A stretch of DNA of 46,389 nucleotides from a virus (Duplodnaviria; Caudoviricetes), in IMG/VR virus record IMGVR_UViG_3300037851_001501, positions 1 through 46,389 of that record; one strand, written 5' to 3'. A program made the position numbers and the translations under genes. Positions 43,457-46,389 of the stretch are shown one piece after another. The notes below the pieces were generated by a model. It made no database searches. It was not told the origin of the DNA and was given only the letters and a program-made list of their open reading frames with translations. Position 1 is the first letter of the stretch; the number at the start of each line of letters is the position of its first letter.

Positions 43457-45208
43457 ATGGCTGTATGGGATGATTTGAACGATCTGACGGTAGAGGTGTA
43501 TGCGGAAGGCATCACACCGATAAGCGATGCGGAGGGGGAATTGCGGTTTGTGGAGCAGGTGGAGCTGGCGAAGGGGTACCCGGGCGGACTGTATCTGGAT
43601 GCGAGCTTCCGGGTGGCGCGGGATGTGCTGAAGAAGTGGGCGGCGGAGGGGGGGAAGCGGGCGTTGATTCGCAATAAGTTGACGCCGGTGTGGGAGGGAC
43701 GGTTGGGGAACCTGGAGCGGGTGTTGGAGGGGGACGCGGGGCAGTATGTGCATGTGACGGGTAAGGGTTTTTGGGGGGCGTATTTGATGCGGCGGAGGCT
43801 GCGGAAGCGGTGGGCGGATGCGCGGATCGAGGATGATATTTGGGTGTGGGGGGAGGGGTATTTGGCGGCGGCGATTGCGGAGTATGACCGGCATGGGAGG
43901 CTGCGGATCACGCCGAAGAACGAGGCGTGGGGGAGCGGGGATTATGCGGGCTTTGAGTACACAATGCCGACGGGGCAGACGATCAAGAAGATCACGTATG
44001 ACTATAACCAGGCGGGGGGTGATTTCAAGCTGATTTTCTATGATCCCAGCGCTACGAACGGGGATCATGTGATTGTAAACGGGGGAGGGAGCGGGACGGG
44101 GGGGAGTTATACGCTGACGACGCCGGTGCAGCGGATGCAACTGCGCTTTGTGGCGACGGCGGCGAATACGCCGGCGAACGATGGTTCGGTCTATGGGGAG
44201 ATCTTCAATGTGCGAGTGTACTCGGAGACGAGTGCGATCAACATGGAGGAGATCTTCAAGAATGTGGCGGGGATGGTCACGTCGTTGTCGAGCGATACGC
44301 GCTTGATCCAGGCAGCGGGAACGGCTTTAGCGCTGGATCCGTATGTGGCAGATGATTGGCCGGCCACGGCGGATGTGCTGGAGGAGGCGGCGAGCTTTGG
44401 CGACGGGGACGGGAATACGTGGGGGTTCGGGGTGAGGTGCTCGGAGCTGGCGGGGACGCCGGACGGGAAGCCGTTGTTGTTCCTGGAACAACGGCCGGCG
44501 CTGACAGATTACGATTATGTGGTGCGGGCGGGGGACGAGAACGTGATGGGGCCGGTGCAGCTTTATCAGGAGGATTCGGAGGAGGTGTTCAACTGGATCA
44601 TTGCGCAGCGGCGGGACGAGCGGGGGCGGGTGCAGTTTACGACGCCAGACGACGATGCGACGCTAAAGGATACGGACAGCATTGCGGCTTACGATGAGCA
44701 AGATTATGTGTTCGATGCGGGATCGGTGAGCGAGGCGGCGGCGATTGCGCGGGGGGTGAGGTTCTTGGCGATGAGGAAGGATGCGCTGTGGAAGCTGCGC
44801 TCTCCGCTGCGGGTGAGGGGGTATATTCGGCATAAACTGTCGGGGCTGATGATTCCGGCGAGCGAGATCGAGCCGGGGATGCGGGTGAAGTTCGAGGACT
44901 TCGTGGACGAGGATGTGGTGCTGCTGATTTCGATGACGCGGTATGCGCACGATGGGCAGGTATGCACGATCACGGCGGGGCCGTTGGAAGATGGGGTGAG
45001 GGCATTTGCGCCGAACGTTCCGGTGTACGAGGCGGACGAGGAGGATGAGCGGGGAACGCGAGGGGGAACGCGGCCGGAGGTGAGACATATCTACGAGCAC
45101 CTGGGGATGACACGGGCGGATTGGATTAAGCTGACGGCGGCTGAGAAGCTGGCGAAGAAGAGGATCTGGTGGAATAGGCGGCGGGAGAGGCGCGGGAGTT
45201 TGATGTAG
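43457..45208 (+). CDS. Tail tip/baseplate hub-like protein
   Basis: PGG...ASF, VWEGRL, DSIAAY; follows the Dit-like gene. Confidence 0.6.
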   Translation: MAVWDDLNDLTVEVYAEGITPISDAEGELRFVEQVELAKGYPGGLYLDASFRVARDVLKKWAAEGGKRALIRNKLTPVWEGRLGNLERVLEGDAGQYVHVTGKGFWGAYLMRRRLRKRWADARIEDDIWVWGEGYLAAAIAEYDRHGRLRITPKNEAWGSGDYAGFEYTMPTGQTIKKITYDYNQAGGDFKLIFYDPSATNGDHVIVNGGGSGTGGSYTLTTPVQRMQLRFVATAANTPANDGSVYGEIFNVRVYSETSAINMEEIFKNVAGMVTSLSSDTRLIQAAGTALALDPYVADDWPATADVLEEAASFGDGDGNTWGFGVRCSELAGTPDGKPLLFLEQRPALTDYDYVVRAGDENVMGPVQLYQEDSEEVFNWIIAQRRDERGRVQFTTPDDDATLKDTDSIAAYDEQDYVFDAGSVSEAAAIARGVRFLAMRKDALWKLRSPLRVRGYIRHKLSGLMIPASEIEPGMRVKFEDFVDEDVVLLISMTRYAHDGQVCTITAGPLEDGVRAFAPNVPVYEADEEDERGTRGGTRPEVRHIYEHLGMTRADWIKLTAAEKLAKKRIWWNRRRERRGSLM

Positions 45209-45249
45209 GGCTGCTAATTGTTCTTAGCGGCGGAGTGAAGAGGAGGTCG

Positions 45250-46389
45250 ATGACTGAGGAGGTGAAGACGACGAGGCCGGCCAAGCTGCGTGGCGGGAGT
45301 TGGGAGGTGTGGCAGGTTGACCGGCATGTAATCAATAAATGGGGGGCGTTGGCGAAGAAGGCGGATGGGGGGAATGTGGTGGTGCCGCTGTACCAGGTGA
45401 AGGCATGGCTTTCACGGCGGAGGCCGGAGGCGGTAGAGCCGGTGGTCAGCCCGGTGGAGGTGACGCTGGGGAGGTGGCTTGCGCTTGCGAGGCACGAGAA
45501 AAAAGGGGGAAGGTTGAGGCGGGCATTGATCGTGCCGGATTTGCATTTTGGGTTTCGGAAGAATGTGCGAACGGGGGCGTTGACTCCGTTCCATGACCGG
45601 CGAGCGCTGGATGTGTTGTTGCAGGCCGCGGCATTGGGGGAGTGGGACGACGTGGTTCTGCTGGGGGATGTGATGGACTTTGCGGAATTGTCGGATAAGT
45701 TTCTGCGCAGCCCGGAGTTTTATTGGACGGTGCAGCCGGCGGTGATCGAGGCGGCGTGGTGGCTGGGGAAGCTGGCGCAGGCGGGTCGGGGGGCGCGAAT
45801 GCGAATGATCCAGGGGAATCACGAGCTGAGGGCGGAGACGGCGATTGTGACGCATTTGATTGCGGCGTATGATCTGCGACCGGCGGATGAGATGGCGCTG
45901 CCGCCGGCGTTAAGCGCGCCGCGTTTGCTGGGGTTGGAGAAGCTGGGGATCGAGTGGGTTGGGGGGTATCCCGATGCGGCGGTGTGGCTGACTGACGATC
46001 TACGCTGTGTGCATGGGGATGTGGCACGCGCCAATCCTGGGGATACGGCGAAGGCGGTGGTGCAGAAGTCGCCGGTGAGCGTGGTGATGGGGCATATCCA
46101 CCGGATCGAGATGGCGACGCGCAGCGAGTACCGGCGGGGGGGTAAGATGGGGACGATTACGACGATGTGCCCGGGGTGTCTGTGCAGGGTGGATGGGGAG
46201 GTGCCGGGGCATCAACGGGGTCAACATTGGCAGCAGGGGTTTGGGACGGTGGTGTATGAGGAAACGGGAGATTTGATGACGATGTATGCGACACCGCTCC
46301 GCGATGGGCGAGCGGTGTGGGAGGGGCAGGTGCTGGAGGGGCGCGATCAGATCAACGCGCTACGGAGGGATACGGGGTGGAAGTTTTAG
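45250..46389 (+). CDS. Calcineurin-like metallophosphoesterase
   Basis: PDLH, LGDVMD, GNHE, HGD, GHIH motifs; WQQG. Confidence 0.88.
   Translation: MTEEVKTTRPAKLRGGSWEVWQVDRHVINKWGALAKKADGGNVVVPLYQVKAWLSRRRPEAVEPVVSPVEVTLGRWLALARHEKKGGRLRRALIVPDLHFGFRKNVRTGALTPFHDRRALDVLLQAAALGEWDDVVLLGDVMDFAELSDKFLRSPEFYWTVQPAVIEAAWWLGKLAQAGRGARMRMIQGNHELRAETAIVTHLIAAYDLRPADEMALPPALSAPRLLGLEKLGIEWVGGYPDAAVWLTDDLRCVHGDVARANPGDTAKAVVQKSPVSVVMGHIHRIEMATRSEYRRGGKMGTITTMCPGCLCRVDGEVPGHQRGQHWQQGFGTVVYEETGDLMTMYATPLRDGRAVWEGQVLEGRDQINALRRDTGWKF

Larger units (their letters stand above)
1..46389 (+). mobile_element. Temperate tailed phage/prophage (siphovirus-like), probable Chloroflexota host
   Basis: Recombinase, replication, lysis, terminase, portal, capsid, tail tube, chaperone and tape-measure genes are co-oriented; no host housekeeping genes; element ends are not visible. 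Confidence 0.93.

Overview
The window looks like a near-complete temperate siphovirus or prophage genome of about 46 kb. The host is probably a Chloroflexota member, an inference from a YLPLV sorting motif. Almost all genes lie on the G-rich + strand, in this order: tyrosine recombinase; early genes including a Csx15-like protein, an ankyrin protein and a solo Cas4-like nuclease; AAA helicase, putative origin and primase; ParB and HTH genes; a complete array-less type IV-B CRISPR-Cas effector operon (csf1-cas11-csf2-csf3-cysH-like); a reverse-strand two-gene cassette; ASCH and DUF5131 genes; a promoter-driven structured non-coding region; lysis; terminase, portal and head; tail genes with a -1 frameshift; and a metallophosphoesterase. 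The most unusual signals are (i) at least 11 dispersed 28-bp sites at gene boundaries with dif/Xer-like 11-6-11 geometry (consensus AGCTCCG[C/A]TAA-N6-TTAGCGGAGCT), two of which bracket a tape-measure gene displaced into the head module; (ii) several repurposed Cas-family genes on a phage that has no CRISPR array; and (iii) a mosaic of exact internal duplications around the ankyrin gene. All family calls come from reading motifs by eye; no database searches were run.
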